64,000 bases of DNA from Actinomycetota bacterium (GTDB lineage Bacteria; Actinomycetota; Acidimicrobiia; Acidimicrobiales; VFJN01). Location: NCBI GenBank assembly GCA_046730015.1, contig JBKPHT010000137.1, forward strand, positions 1,512 through 65,511. Direction: 5' to 3'. Numbering within the stretch: the first letter of the stretch is position 1; the number at the start of each line of letters is the position of its first letter. The position numbers and the translations under genes were made by a program. A model generated the notes under the pieces. The model was not told the origin of the DNA. It ran no database searches and saw nothing but the letters and a program-made list of their open reading frames with translations. Positions 51,931 through 61,593 of this stretch are shown here, in pieces.

Positions 51931-52757
51931 CGGGCCACCGCCAGCGGCGCGAACACCGCGACCAGCCCGGCCGACCACGCCAGCGACAGGAGCACCCAGT
52001 GGGCGGTCGACCCCGACAGCCCAGCCGCCGCCGGGTCGCCCAGCACGAGCGACCGCACCGCGTTGGTCATGGCCGTCAGCGGCTGGTGCTCGGCGACCGG
52101 CTGCAGCCAGCCCGGCATCGTGTCCACCTGCACGTAGGCGCTGGACACGAACGACAGCGGGAACACCAGCAGCGACATCCCCTGGGCCGCCTGGGCGTTG
52201 CCCGCCACCAGGCCGATCCACACGAACATCCACATGAACGCCAGCCCGAAGACCGCGCACAGCCCGAACGCGGCCAGCGCCTCGGGCACTCCGCCGTGCA
52301 GGCGGAAGCCGACCGCGAAGCCGATGGCCACGGTCACCGCCAGCCCGAGGGCGAGCAGCCCGGCCTCGGCCACCACCCGCCCGGCCAGCAGTGCCGGCCG
52401 GGACACGGGCAGCGACCGCAGCCGGTCGGTGAACCCCTGATCGCTGTCCTCGGCCACGCCCGAGCTGGCGTTGCTCCCGGTGAACAGCACGCTGGTCACG
52501 ACGTAGCCCGGCACGAGGAAGTCGACGTACGGGATCGGACCGGTGTCGATCGCCCCGCCGAACACGTAGCGGAAGATGAGCAGGAACATCGCGCCGGTGA
52601 CCGTGCTGATCACCAGCAGCTGCGGGGTCCGGACGAACTTGCGGGCCGTCCGGGCGGCCACGGCGCCGGCAGTCGCCAGCGGCCCGGCCGGGCGGTGGGC
52701 AGGCACCAGCGCCCGGTCGTCGGTGAGGGTGATGTCGGTGAGCGTGATGGTGGTCAT
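51912..52757 (-). CDS. ABC-2 type transporter permease (DrrB-like)
   Basis: Six TM segments and an ABC-2 signature region, downstream of the DrrA-like ATPase. Confidence 0.88.
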   Translation of the reverse strand: MTTITLTDITLTDDRALVPAHRPAGPLATAGAVAARTARKFVRTPQLLVISTVTGAMFLLIFRYVFGGAIDTGPIPYVDFLVPGYVVTSVLFTGSNASSGVAEDSDQGFTDRLRSLPVSRPALLAGRVVAEAGLLALGLAVTVAIGFAVGFRLHGGVPEALAAFGLCAVFGLAFMWMFVWIGLVAGNAQAAQGMSLLVFPLSFVSSAYVQVDTMPGWLQPVAEHQPLTAMTNAVRSLVLGDPAAAGLSGSTAHWVLLSLAWSAGLVAVFAPLAVARYRRSS

Positions 52758-52779
52758 CGCCGTCGTCCTCCGTCCCCGG

Positions 52780-53784
52780 TCACGCGGCGTCGGCGGCCTG
52801 CAGCCGCCGCTCGTCGGTCTGCCCGGCGTTCTCGATCGGGACGCCGGTCAGGGCCAGGAACACCTCGTCGAGCGTCGGGCGGCGCAGGCCGACGTCGTCG
52901 ACCTCGATCGCCACCCCGTCCAGCGCCCGGACCACCGCGCTGATGGCGGCCCGGCCCTGGTCCACCGGCACGGTCACCCGGCTGGCGCCCGCGTCGACCC
53001 GGGGGGCCTCGACCCCCAGCCGGGCGAGGACCTCGGACAGCGCCGGCAGGTCGTCGGCCCGGCGGGCCCGGACCTCGACGACGTCGCGGCCCGCCCGGCT
53101 CTTCAGCTCGCCCGGGGTGCCGTCGGCGATCACCCGGCCGTGGTCGACGATCACGACCCGGTGGGCGAGCTGGTCCGCCTCGTCCAGGTACTGGGTGGTG
53201 AGCAGCACGTCGGTGCCCGCCGCCACCAGCCGGCGGATCGCCGCCCACAGCTCGTTGCGGCTGCGGGGGTCGAGCCCGGTCGTCGGCTCGTCGAGCAGCA
53301 GCAGGCGGGGCGCGCCGACCAGGCTGGCGCCCAGGTCGAGCCGGCGGCGCATGCCACCGGAGTAGGTCCGGACCAGGCGGTCGGCCGCCTCGGTGAGCCC
53401 GAGCTGGTCGAGCACGAGGGCGGCGTTGGCCCGGGCCTGGCGGCGTCCATGGCCGAACAGACGGGCCACCATGACCAGGTTCTCCCGGCCGGTCATCGCC
53501 TCCTCCACCGCGGCGAACTGGCCGGCCAGGCCGATGACCCGACGGACCTCGGCCGGGTGGCGGGCGGCGTCGATGCCGGCCACCCGCAGGGTGCCCGCGT
53601 CGGGCGGGGTGAGCGTGGCGACGGTGCGGACGAAGGTCGACTTGCCGGCGCCGTTCGGCCCCAGCACGGCCACGACCTTCCCCGGTTCGGCCACCAGATC
53701 GAGCCCGGCCAGGGCCTCGACCGTGCCGAACCGCTTGACGAGGCCCCGGGCCTCGATGATCGGAGTGGATGCTCGCGTGGTCAT
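52780..53784 (-). CDS. ABC transporter ATP-binding protein (DrrA/daunorubicin-resistance-like)
   Basis: Walker A GPNGAGKST, signature YSGGMRRRL, Walker B LLLLDEPTTGLD, and a C-terminal DrrA extension. Confidence 0.93.
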   Translation of the reverse strand: MTTRASTPIIEARGLVKRFGTVEALAGLDLVAEPGKVVAVLGPNGAGKSTFVRTVATLTPPDAGTLRVAGIDAARHPAEVRRVIGLAGQFAAVEEAMTGRENLVMVARLFGHGRRQARANAALVLDQLGLTEAADRLVRTYSGGMRRRLDLGASLVGAPRLLLLDEPTTGLDPRSRNELWAAIRRLVAAGTDVLLTTQYLDEADQLAHRVVIVDHGRVIADGTPGELKSRAGRDVVEVRARRADDLPALSEVLARLGVEAPRVDAGASRVTVPVDQGRAAISAVVRALDGVAIEVDDVGLRRPTLDEVFLALTGVPIENAGQTDERRLQAADAA

Positions 53785-53803
53785 GCCGCCATCGTCCGCC
53801 CCC

Positions 53804-53828
53804 TAACTGGACACCCTGTGGCCAGTTA
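53804..53828. promoter_or_regulatory. inverted repeat TAACTGGACAC-cct-GTGGCCAGTTA upstream of the ABC ATPase gene (putative WYL/YafY operator)
   Basis: 11-bp arms with 1 mismatch. The half-site GTGGCCAGTTAC recurs at 54845-54856. Confidence 0.5.
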
Positions 53829-53852
53829 CCGTGTGATTCGCGGCGGAGGCCA

Positions 53853-54812
53853 TCAGGCGTAGCGCTCGACCAGCTCGGCGCCGAGCCGGGCCAGCTCGTC
53901 CCGCACCTCGGGAGGGCCGACGACCTCGACCCGGGAGCCGAACCCGGCCAGCTCGTAGGCGACCGCCTCGGCCGACCAGGCCCCGATCTCGACCTCGACC
54001 CGCTCGGCGCCGTCGGCGCCGCGCCCGGGCACCGGGTCACCCACCGACATCCGGTTGCCGAGCGCGCCGCGCAGCCAGCCGAGCGCCTGCCGGTCGACTC
54101 GGGCCACGGCCCGGAACTCGCGGCGCCTCTCGGCCATCGCCTCGACCACCTCCCGCCACGTGGCCGCCAAGTCGAATCCCTCGGGCCGCTCGACCGGGTC
54201 CCCGGTCACCGTCACCGACCGCACGCGGTTGACCCGGAAGGTCCGCAGCCCGGCGTCGGTGCCGGCGATGAGGTACCAGACGGAGCTCTTGGCCACCAGG
54301 CCCAGCGGGTGGACGGTCCGCTCGGTCTCGTTGCGGTCGCGGTCGGCGTAGCCGAGGACCACCTGCACCCCGTCGACCACCGACCGCTGCAGCACGTCGA
54401 GGTGCCGGGGCGCCGCCGGGACCGTAGCCCCCCACCGCGCCGGGTCGAGCACCACGGCCGACGCCGCCGCCTCGGCGTCGGCCCGGAACGTCTCGGGCAG
54501 CGCGTGCACCAGCTTGCGGAGCGCGGCCTTGGCCTCCGGGGTGACCGCGGCGGACGGCCCGGCCACCAGGAACAGCGTCCGGGCCTCGTCCTCGGTCAGC
54601 CCGCTGAGGTCGGTCCGGGCCCCACCCACCAGCGACCAGCCCCCGTTCCGCCCGGCCTGCGAGTACACCGGGATCCCCGCCATCGCCAGCGCCTCCAGGT
54701 CGCGCCGGGCCGTCCGCTCGGAGATCTCCAGCTCGTCGGCCAGCTCGGCCGCGGTCACCCGCCCCCGGGCCTGGAGGATGAGCAGGGTCGCCACGAGGCG
54801 GTCGGCGCGCAC
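53853..54812 (-). CDS. YafY family transcriptional regulator (HTH + WYL domain)
   Basis: N-terminal RADRLVATLLILQARGRVTAAELADELEISERTARRDLEAL, and a central WYL-type block (VWYLIAGTD...RTFRVNRV). GTG at 54812. Confidence 0.88.
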   Translation of the reverse strand: MRADRLVATLLILQARGRVTAAELADELEISERTARRDLEALAMAGIPVYSQAGRNGGWSLVGGARTDLSGLTEDEARTLFLVAGPSAAVTPEAKAALRKLVHALPETFRADAEAAASAVVLDPARWGATVPAAPRHLDVLQRSVVDGVQVVLGYADRDRNETERTVHPLGLVAKSSVWYLIAGTDAGLRTFRVNRVRSVTVTGDPVERPEGFDLAATWREVVEAMAERRREFRAVARVDRQALGWLRGALGNRMSVGDPVPGRGADGAERVEVEIGAWSAEAVAYELAGFGSRVEVVGPPEVRDELARLGAELVERYA

Positions 54813-54833
54813 ATCGCCATGGTCGCGCCCAAA

Positions 54834-54856
54834 CCGGCCACGTAGTGGCCAGTTAC
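54834..54856. promoter_or_regulatory. inverted repeat CCGGCCAC-gta-GTGGCCAG(TTAC) upstream of the WYL regulator gene
   Basis: Shares the 12-nt GTGGCCAGTTAC with the site at 53817-53828. It lies in the 47-nt gap between the regulator start and the upstream gene stop. Confidence 0.45.
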
Positions 54857-54859
54857 GGG

Positions 54860-56382
54860 TCAGCCGGAGGAGACGGCCGGCTCGGCCAGCGGGGTGACCG
54901 AGAGCGGGAGGGTCCCGCCCTGGACGCACTCCCCCGTCGCGAGGTCCCAGGCCCAGTGGTGGCGCGGACACTCGATCCGGCCGCCGGTCACCGCGGCGTG
55001 GGTCAGGTCCTCGCCGGCGTGGGGGCAGAACCGCTGCATCCGGACGCCGTCGCGCTCGATCGTCTCGTCCGACGCCGTGCTGTCGAGGACCAGCTGCCGG
55101 GTCACGACCGGGGTCTCGCCGTAGCGGAGCAGCCCCATGAGCGTCACGTCGAACAGGTCCGGGGACCGGCGCAACGAGATCCGCAGCGACAGCAGGGCCT
55201 CCTCCCAGGTGGCGTCGCCGTCGACGATTGCCCGCAGCACCCGGGACGCCATGCGGAACTCGTACACCGGGCCGGGCGAGGGCGGGCCGTCGACGACGGT
55301 GGGGCCGTCGGGCTCGGGCCGCACCCGGACGGTCCAGGTCCGGTCGCCGGCCACGACGGCGACGTCGCGGGCGTAACCGGCCAGCAGTGACCGGTTGCGG
55401 CGAACGAGCCGGGCGAAGTAGGCGTCGAGCTCCCCTGTCGTCACCTCGGCCTCGGGCCGGGCGTGGTGGGCCTGCCACTGGGCGGACCGGCGGGCCCGGA
55501 CGGCGTCCACGTCGGTCGGCGCCGGCCGGGCGGCGGCCACCGGCACCGGCACCGGCTGCGGCGCCCGCCCGTCGACGACCACGTGGTCGCCGGGCTGCAC
55601 CCGGACGACGCCCACCGCGGGCAAGGCGGCGGCGAACCGGCCGGCGACGTCCTCCCACCGGGGGAAGATCGTCGTGGCGGCGTCGTTGAAGCCGTCGAGC
55701 TCGGGATCGAGGAACACCGGCGGACCGGCGCAGGGCAGGTACGACCGGGCGTCCGTGGCGGCGACGGTGCGGACCAGGGTGTCGACCAGGCCGTTCCGCA
55801 CCTGCGCCACCTTGGCGGCCATCTCGGCGGCGCCGTAGTCGTAGCAGTTGGGGTACCACATCGCGCCGGAGAACTGGGCGGCCAGCAGGTCGACGTCCCG
55901 CGGCAGCTCGCTCAGCTTGGGGTGGCAGTCGTTGAGGTCGACGAAGCGGAAGCCGCCGAGGTCGAGCTGGAGGGCGCTGTCCTCCTTGTGGCTGGTGTCG
56001 AGCAGCATCGTGGCCCGGACGCCCGGCGCCAGCTCGACCGACTCGCGGTGGCCCAGCGTGACGACCTCGGTGAACCCCAGCCGGTGGAACACCTTGTGGA
56101 GGTCACGCGACCGGAAGGCGGCGCACAGCACCGCAGGTCACGGGGCAGACCGCCGAGCAGCTCGCGGTCGAGGTGGTCGGCGTGGGTGTGGGACACGTAG
56201 AGGGCGTCGTACCGGCCGGCCAGCACCCCCTCCCGCAGGTGGTGATTGTCGGGGAACGGGAACCACGACTCGAGGAACGCCGACCCGAACCACGGGTCGA
56301 TCAGCACCCGGGTGCCGCCGTGCTCGACCACGAACCCCGCGTGCCCGAGGTAGTCGATGCGAGTTCCCACCGAGTCCGCCAT
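54860..56382 (-). pseudogene. MBL-fold metallo-hydrolase fused to C-terminal Rieske [2Fe-2S] domain, interrupted by a single-base frameshift near 56131
   Basis: The N-terminal piece (track ORF 55912..56382) reads MADSVGTRIDYLGHAGF...SHTHADHLD...LPRDLR, then goes out of frame. The C-terminal piece (54860..56131) continues VLCAAFRSRDL... to the Rieske motif CPHAGEDL...CPRHHW. Adding one G in cgG-Gtg restores a single 507-aa frame. Confidence 0.75.
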
Positions 56383-56502
56383 GTGCCGCCCGCCTCCGTC
56401 CGCCCGGGGGCGCGCCCGGGGAGGAAGCCCCCATCGGCCGCGCCCGCTCGTGTCCGCCGCGCCCAGTCTGCCCGATCGGCCCGCCCGGGACCAGCGCCCG
56501 GG

Positions 56503-57204
56503 TCAGCGGGTGGCGTAGGTGGAGGTGCCCGACTCCAGCAGCTCGCGGGCGCCGGCCTCGGCCGCCCGGTAGGCGGCGAAGGCGAGCGCGCCGCCCGTCG
56601 ACACCCGGCGGACGCCGGCCGTCCCCAACTCCGGGACCGACGGACCCCGGGGTCGGGCGAGCACGTTCACCGGGGCGTCGACCTCGGCCACCACCCGGGC
56701 GATGTCGCCCAGGTCGACGAGGCCGGGGGCGTAGACGACCTCGGCGCCGGCGGCCCGGTAGGACTGCAGCCGGGCGATGGTGTCGTCGAGGTCCTGGATG
56801 CCGTGGATGAGGTTCTCGGCCCGGGCGGTGAGCACCAGGCCGTGGGCCGCCACGGCCTCGGCGGCGGCCGCGACCCGCTCGGTGGCGGGCCCGACGGGGT
56901 CGATGGCGTCGGTGGCCGGGTCGTAGTCCTCGATCGACAGCCCGGCGGCACCGGTGCCGGCCAGCCGGTGCACGGTCTCGGCCACCCCGGCCGGGTCGTC
57001 GGCGAAGCACCGCTCGGCATCGAGGCTGAGCGGCACGTCGACGGCCGCGGCCAGTGCGGTGGCGTGGTCGACCAGCTCGTCGAGGGTGACCTCCTGGTCG
57101 GAGCGGCCCAGGGTGGCGGCGTGGCCGCTGCTGGTCGTGGCCAGGGCGGCGAAGCCCATGTCGGCGAACCGCCGGGCGGAGCCGATGTCCCAGGCGTTGG
57201 GCAT
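56503..57204 (-). CDS. isocitrate lyase / PEP mutase family protein (5' end probably extends upstream of the first canonical start)
   Basis: PNAWDIGSARRFADMGF, SIEDY, and TARAEN motifs. The in-frame upstream codons encode the conserved RDRFRALHGSGIFV but contain no ATG/GTG/TTG. Confidence 0.82.
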   Translation of the reverse strand: MPNAWDIGSARRFADMGFAALATTSSGHAATLGRSDQEVTLDELVDHATALAAAVDVPLSLDAERCFADDPAGVAETVHRLAGTGAAGLSIEDYDPATDAIDPVGPATERVAAAAEAVAAHGLVLTARAENLIHGIQDLDDTIARLQSYRAAGAEVVYAPGLVDLGDIARVVAEVDAPVNVLARPRGPSVPELGTAGVRRVSTGGALAFAAYRAAEAGARELLESGTSTYATR

Positions 57205-57316
57205 GACGAAGATGCCCGACCCGTGCAGGGCCCGGAAGCGGTCGCGCAGCCCGGCGGTGCGGTCGGCGGCACGGTCGGAGGCACGGTCGGAGGCGATACC
57301 CGGACCGTACCCGGGA

Positions 57317-58036
57317 TCAGGCGAGGAGGAGGACCGCTCCTCCGCCCAGGGCGCCGAGCGTCGCCAGCGCGAAGAGCCCGATCCACAGGGTCACGGGCAC
57401 GTGGGTGAGGCGGGCGAGCTGGGCGGCATCGGAGGCCCGGCCCTGGGGCCCGCGGCGCTGGCGCCACAGCTCGGTCACCGGCCGGACGGCGCCGATGAGC
57501 AGGAACCACGTCATCGCGTAGCCGAACCCCGCCTGCACGTCGGCCGCCGCGTACAGCGACACGGCCACGACCGCCCCGCCGACGATCACCAGCGTCAGCG
57601 CGCCAAACGCGTTGCGGACCATCACCAGCATCCCGGCCAGCACTGCCACGCCGGCCCACAGCATCACCGTGACCTGGTCGGCGGCCAGCAGCACCACGCC
57701 CGCCAACCCGACCAGCGACGGGCTGACGTAGCCGGCCGCCGCGGTGACCACCATGCCGGGCCCCGACGGCCGGCCGGCCGACAGCGTGAGGCCGGACGTG
57801 TCCGAGTGCAGGCGGATGCCCATCAGCCGCCGGCCGGTCAACAGCGCGGCCACGGCGTGGCCGCCCTCGTGGACGATCGTCACCACGCTGCGGGCCCAGC
57901 GCCAGACGGCGTCGAGTAGCACCGCGGCCAGCGCGCCGAGGCCGGTCAACGCCACCAGCCACGACGACGGCTCGAACCGCTCGAGGTCGAAGACATCGAG
58001 ATCGACGAGTCCCCAGACGCCCATCGGCACGGCCAC
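57317..58036 (-). CDS. M50 family membrane metallopeptidase
   Basis: HEGGHAVAALLTG zinc motif (HExxH) within a polytopic membrane protein. Confidence 0.85.
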   Translation of the reverse strand: MAVPMGVWGLVDLDVFDLERFEPSSWLVALTGLGALAAVLLDAVWRWARSVVTIVHEGGHAVAALLTGRRLMGIRLHSDTSGLTLSAGRPSGPGMVVTAAAGYVSPSLVGLAGVVLLAADQVTVMLWAGVAVLAGMLVMVRNAFGALTLVIVGGAVVAVSLYAAADVQAGFGYAMTWFLLIGAVRPVTELWRQRRGPQGRASDAAQLARLTHVPVTLWIGLFALATLGALGGGAVLLLA

Positions 58037-58094
58037 GACTGTGCCACGCCCGGCGACCCCGCCGGGACCGCCCCGCCCCCGACCGCCGGCCGCC

Positions 58095-59045
58095 TCAGCC
58101 CGCCGACGCCCCGTCGAGCACGGCCTCCACCTCGGCCAGCTCGTCGGCGGTCAGGCGCCATGCGGCGGCGGCGACGTTGGCCCGGACCTGGTCGGGCGTC
58201 GTCGCCCCGGCGATGATCGGGCCCATCGCCGGCTGGGCGGCCAGCCACGCGAACGCCAGGTCGAGGATGGTGTGCCCGCGGGCCTCGGCCCACGCCGTCA
58301 GCCGGTCGACGAGGTCGAAGTTGGTCTCGGACAGCACCCCGGCCGCCCGCTCGGCGGGCATTCCGGCCAGCCGGGTGCCCTCCGGCGGCGGCTCGCCCCG
58401 CCGGTACTTGCCGGTCAGCAGCCCGCTGGCCAGCGGGAAGTAAGGCAGCATCACCAGCCCGTGGCGCTCGCAGGCCGGGAGCACCCGCCGCCGCGGCGCC
58501 CGCTCGACCAGGCTGAGCTGGTTCTGCGCGGTGACGAAGCGGGCCCAGCCCCGCTCGGCCGACAGCTCGGCGGCGGCGTCGATCATGGCGCCGGAGAAGT
58601 TGCTGCAGCCGATCTCCCGCACCTTGCCCGCCCGCACCAGGTCGTCCAGCGCGCCCTGGGTCTCCTCGATGGGCACCTCGGCGTCGGGCACGTGCTGCTG
58701 GTAGAGGTCGATGCGGTCGGCGCCGAGCCGGCGGAGGCTGCCCTCGACCGCCTCGGCTATCCACCCGGCGCCGGCCCCGCCCTGGTCGGGCCCGCCGAGG
58801 GGCGAGCCGAACTTGGTGGCGATCACGACCTCGTCGCGGTGCCCGGCCAGGGCCCGTCCGAGGAACTCCTCGGACCGGGTGCGGCCGTAGACGTCGGCGG
58901 TGTCGAAGAAGGTGACGCCGGCGTCGAGGGCGGCGTGCACCACCTGGCGCGACCGCTCCTCGTCGAGCCGCATGCCGAAGTTGTTGCACCCCAGCCCGAT
59001 CCGGCCGGCGGTCAGCGATCCGATCCCGAGCGTCTCCACGCGCAC
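58095..59045 (-). CDS. aldo/keto reductase
   Basis: FFDTADVYG, DLYQQH, REIGCSNF, and IIAGATTPDQ motifs. Confidence 0.92.
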   Translation of the reverse strand: MRVETLGIGSLTAGRIGLGCNNFGMRLDEERSRQVVHAALDAGVTFFDTADVYGRTRSEEFLGRALAGHRDEVVIATKFGSPLGGPDQGGAGAGWIAEAVEGSLRRLGADRIDLYQQHVPDAEVPIEETQGALDDLVRAGKVREIGCSNFSGAMIDAAAELSAERGWARFVTAQNQLSLVERAPRRRVLPACERHGLVMLPYFPLASGLLTGKYRRGEPPPEGTRLAGMPAERAAGVLSETNFDLVDRLTAWAEARGHTILDLAFAWLAAQPAMGPIIAGATTPDQVRANVAAAAWRLTADELAEVEAVLDGASAG

Positions 59046-59123
59046 CCCCTTGCCCCCGGGCCCCGCGACCCGGCGCCGGGCACTCTACGGCCGCCCGGCA
59101 CGGGCGGGAGGCCGGCGTGAGGC

Positions 59124-59609
59124 ATGCTGACGCCGATGGTCTCGCTCGACGACTACCTCGCCTTCGTCGACGAGGCCCTCGACGGGATGGTCGCGATCGT
59201 CACCGGGCTGGGCGACGACCTGGCCAACCGGCGGCCCGACCTGCCCGGCGCCAACTCGCCGTACGCGGTGCTGACCCACTGCCTCGGGGTGATGGCCTGG
59301 TGGGGCGGGCACGTCGTGGCCGGCCGGGCGGTCGAGCGCGACCGGGACGCCGAGTTCCGCGCCTCGGGACCGGTCGCCGACCTGGTCGCCGCCGTGCGCG
59401 CCACCCGGCGGGCGTTCGGCGAGGACGTCGCCGGGGCCGACCCGGCCGCCCCGCCGCGGGGCGCCCTGGAGCCGGAGGACGTCGACCTCCCGCTGGGCCG
59501 CACTCAGGGAGGCGCACTGTTCCACGTCTACGAGGAGCTGGCCCAGCACCGGGGGCAGATGGAGGGCTGCCGGGACGTCCTTCTGGCCCCATGGGGCCGC
59601 CGGGTCTGA
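59124..59609 (+). CDS. DinB family protein
   Basis: Four-helix DinB pattern with His residues (LTHCLG, ...HVYEELAQHRGQ). Confidence 0.82.
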   Translation: MLTPMVSLDDYLAFVDEALDGMVAIVTGLGDDLANRRPDLPGANSPYAVLTHCLGVMAWWGGHVVAGRAVERDRDAEFRASGPVADLVAAVRATRRAFGEDVAGADPAAPPRGALEPEDVDLPLGRTQGGALFHVYEELAQHRGQMEGCRDVLLAPWGRRV

Positions 59610-59621
59610 CCGCGGCCCGGG

Positions 59622-60428
59622 CTACTCGGCGACGGGGCCGGTGAACCGCGGTTCCCGCTTCTCGGTGTGGGAGGCCAGGCCCTCGCGGGCGTCGGGCCCG
59701 CAGAAGCCGAGGAACTCGTAGGCCAGCGAGGCGTCGAAGGTGGCCGACTGCGCCCGGTACCAGTGGTTGAGGGTGTGCTTGGTCCACCGGATCGCAGGCT
59801 GGGCGCCGCCGCTCAGCTTCCTGGCCACGCCCAGGGCGGTGTCCTGGACGGCGTCGTCGTCGACGCAGAGCGACACGAGCCCGATCCGCTCGGCCTCCTC
59901 GCCGGTCAGCGTCTCGCAGGTGAGCAGGTAGTACTTGGCCTTGGCCATGCCGCACAGCAGCGGCCAGCAGATGGCGGCATGGTCGCCGGCGGCGACGCCC
60001 AGGCGGGTGTGGCCGTCGATGATCCGGGCGGAGCGGCCGACGACCGAGACGTCGGCCAGCAGGGCGGCCACGAGACCGGCGCCGACGGCGGCGCCGTGGA
60101 CGGCGGACACGATCGGCTTGGCGCAGTCGATGACGTTGAACACCAGGTCCCGGGCCTCGCGCATGACCCGGGCCCGCACGGCGTCGTCGGAGATGATCGA
60201 GTCGATCAGCTCGAAGCTGCCGCCGGCCGAGAACGCCCGCCCGGCGCCGCGCAGGAGGGCGACGTTGGTGTCGGGGTCGCGGTCGACGGCCCGCCAGACG
60301 TCCGCCAGCTCGCGGTGCACGTCGTGGTCGACGGCGTTGAGCCCGGGCCCGTCGAGGGTGATGCGGAGCACGCCGTCGGAGGGCCGGTCGAAGGTCAGGT
60401 GGGGGAAGTCGGCGTAGCGGTCGGTCAC
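59622..60428 (-). CDS. enoyl-CoA hydratase/isomerase family protein
   Basis: Crotonase motifs [12 protein letters not shown] and [13 protein letters not shown]. Confidence 0.9.
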   Translation of the reverse strand: MTDRYADFPHLTFDRPSDGVLRITLDGPGLNAVDHDVHRELADVWRAVDRDPDTNVALLRGAGRAFSAGGSFELIDSIISDDAVRARVMREARDLVFNVIDCAKPIVSAVHGAAVGAGLVAALLADVSVVGRSARIIDGHTRLGVAAGDHAAICWPLLCGMAKAKYYLLTCETLTGEEAERIGLVSLCVDDDAVQDTALGVARKLSGGAQPAIRWTKHTLNHWYRAQSATFDASLAYEFLGFCGPDAREGLASHTEKREPRFTGPVAE

Positions 60429-60490
60429 GGCGACAGTCTGGCGCCGGGCCCGACTCGGTGCGCCGGCGGCCGGTGTGCCACGGTTTGGCG

Positions 60491-61540
60491 GTGACTTCGG
60501 GAACCGTCCTCCTCACCGGCGGCGCCGGCTACATCGGCAGCCACACGGCGGTCGAGCTGCTCGGGGCCGGCTGGGACGTCGTGGTGGTCGACGACTTCTC
60601 CAACAGCAGCCCGGTGGCGCTGGAGCGGGTGACCGACGTGGCGGCCACGGCCGGCGCCCCCGGCGGCCTCCGCTGGCACCGGCTCGACATCGCGGACACG
60701 GCCGGGATGGCCGGCGTGCTGGCGGCCGAGGGGGTCGACGCGGTGGTCCACTTCGCCGGGCTGAAGGCGGTGGGCGAGTCGGTGAACGAGCCGCTGCGGT
60801 ACTACTCGGTGAACGTCGGCGGGTCGGCGTCGCTGCTGCGGGCGATGGACGAGGTGGGCGTCCGCCGGCTGGTGTTCTCGTCGTCCTGCACCGTCTACGG
60901 CGACCCCGAGCGGGTGCCGGTGGACGAGGCCGCCCGGCGCGAGGTGTCGAGCCCGTACGGCCGGACCAAGCTGATGATCGAGGACATGCTGTTCGACCTG
61001 GCCGCGAGCGACGACCGCTGGCGGCTCCTGGCGCTCCGGTACTTCAACCCGGTGGGCGCCCACCCGAGCGGCCGGCTGGGCGAGGACCCCGACGGCATCC
61101 CCAACAACCTGATGCCGTACATCATGCAGGTGGCGACGGGCCGGCTGCCGTTCGTCCGGGTGTTCGGCGACGACTACCCGACGCCAGACGGCACCGGCGT
61201 GCGCGACTACATCCACGTGGTCGACCTGGCGCTCGGGCACGTGGCGGCGCTGGAGGCGGCGCCCGGCCTTCCGGGCTGCACCGCAGTCAACCTGGGGACC
61301 GGTCGGGGGCACTCGGTGCTGGAGGTGATCGCCGCCGCGTCGCGGGCGGTGGGCCGCGACCTGCCCTACGAGGTGGTCGACCGGCGGCCGGGCGACATCC
61401 CGGCGACCTGGGCCGACCCGGCGCTGGCCCGCGAGCTGCTGGGGTGGGAGGCGACGCGGACGCTCGACGAGATGGCGGCCGACCACTGGCGCTGGCAGTC
61501 GTCGAACCCCGACGGCTACCGGTCGGCGGCCCGGGCCTGA
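60491..61540 (+). CDS. galE: UDP-glucose 4-epimerase
   Basis: [26 protein letters not shown] (YxxxK), and DYIHVVDLA motifs. GTG 60491, within track ORF 60458..61540. Confidence 0.93.
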   Translation: MTSGTVLLTGGAGYIGSHTAVELLGAGWDVVVVDDFSNSSPVALERVTDVAATAGAPGGLRWHRLDIADTAGMAGVLAAEGVDAVVHFAGLKAVGESVNEPLRYYSVNVGGSASLLRAMDEVGVRRLVFSSSCTVYGDPERVPVDEAARREVSSPYGRTKLMIEDMLFDLAASDDRWRLLALRYFNPVGAHPSGRLGEDPDGIPNNLMPYIMQVATGRLPFVRVFGDDYPTPDGTGVRDYIHVVDLALGHVAALEAAPGLPGCTAVNLGTGRGHSVLEVIAAASRAVGRDLPYEVVDRRPGDIPATWADPALARELLGWEATRTLDEMAADHWRWQSSNPDGYRSAARA

Positions 61541-61593
61541 TCGACCGCGGGGTTGGCGTCCCGCACCGCGCGATCGCGTGGTGAGGGACGCCG

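Noticed and set aside
57288-57300. The string GGAGGCGATACC resembles one unit of the dispersed repeat.
   Set aside because: Only about 10 nt match and there is no partner arm. It lies within an in-frame extension of the PEP mutase-family gene. I mention it in a finding but do not call it a repeat copy.
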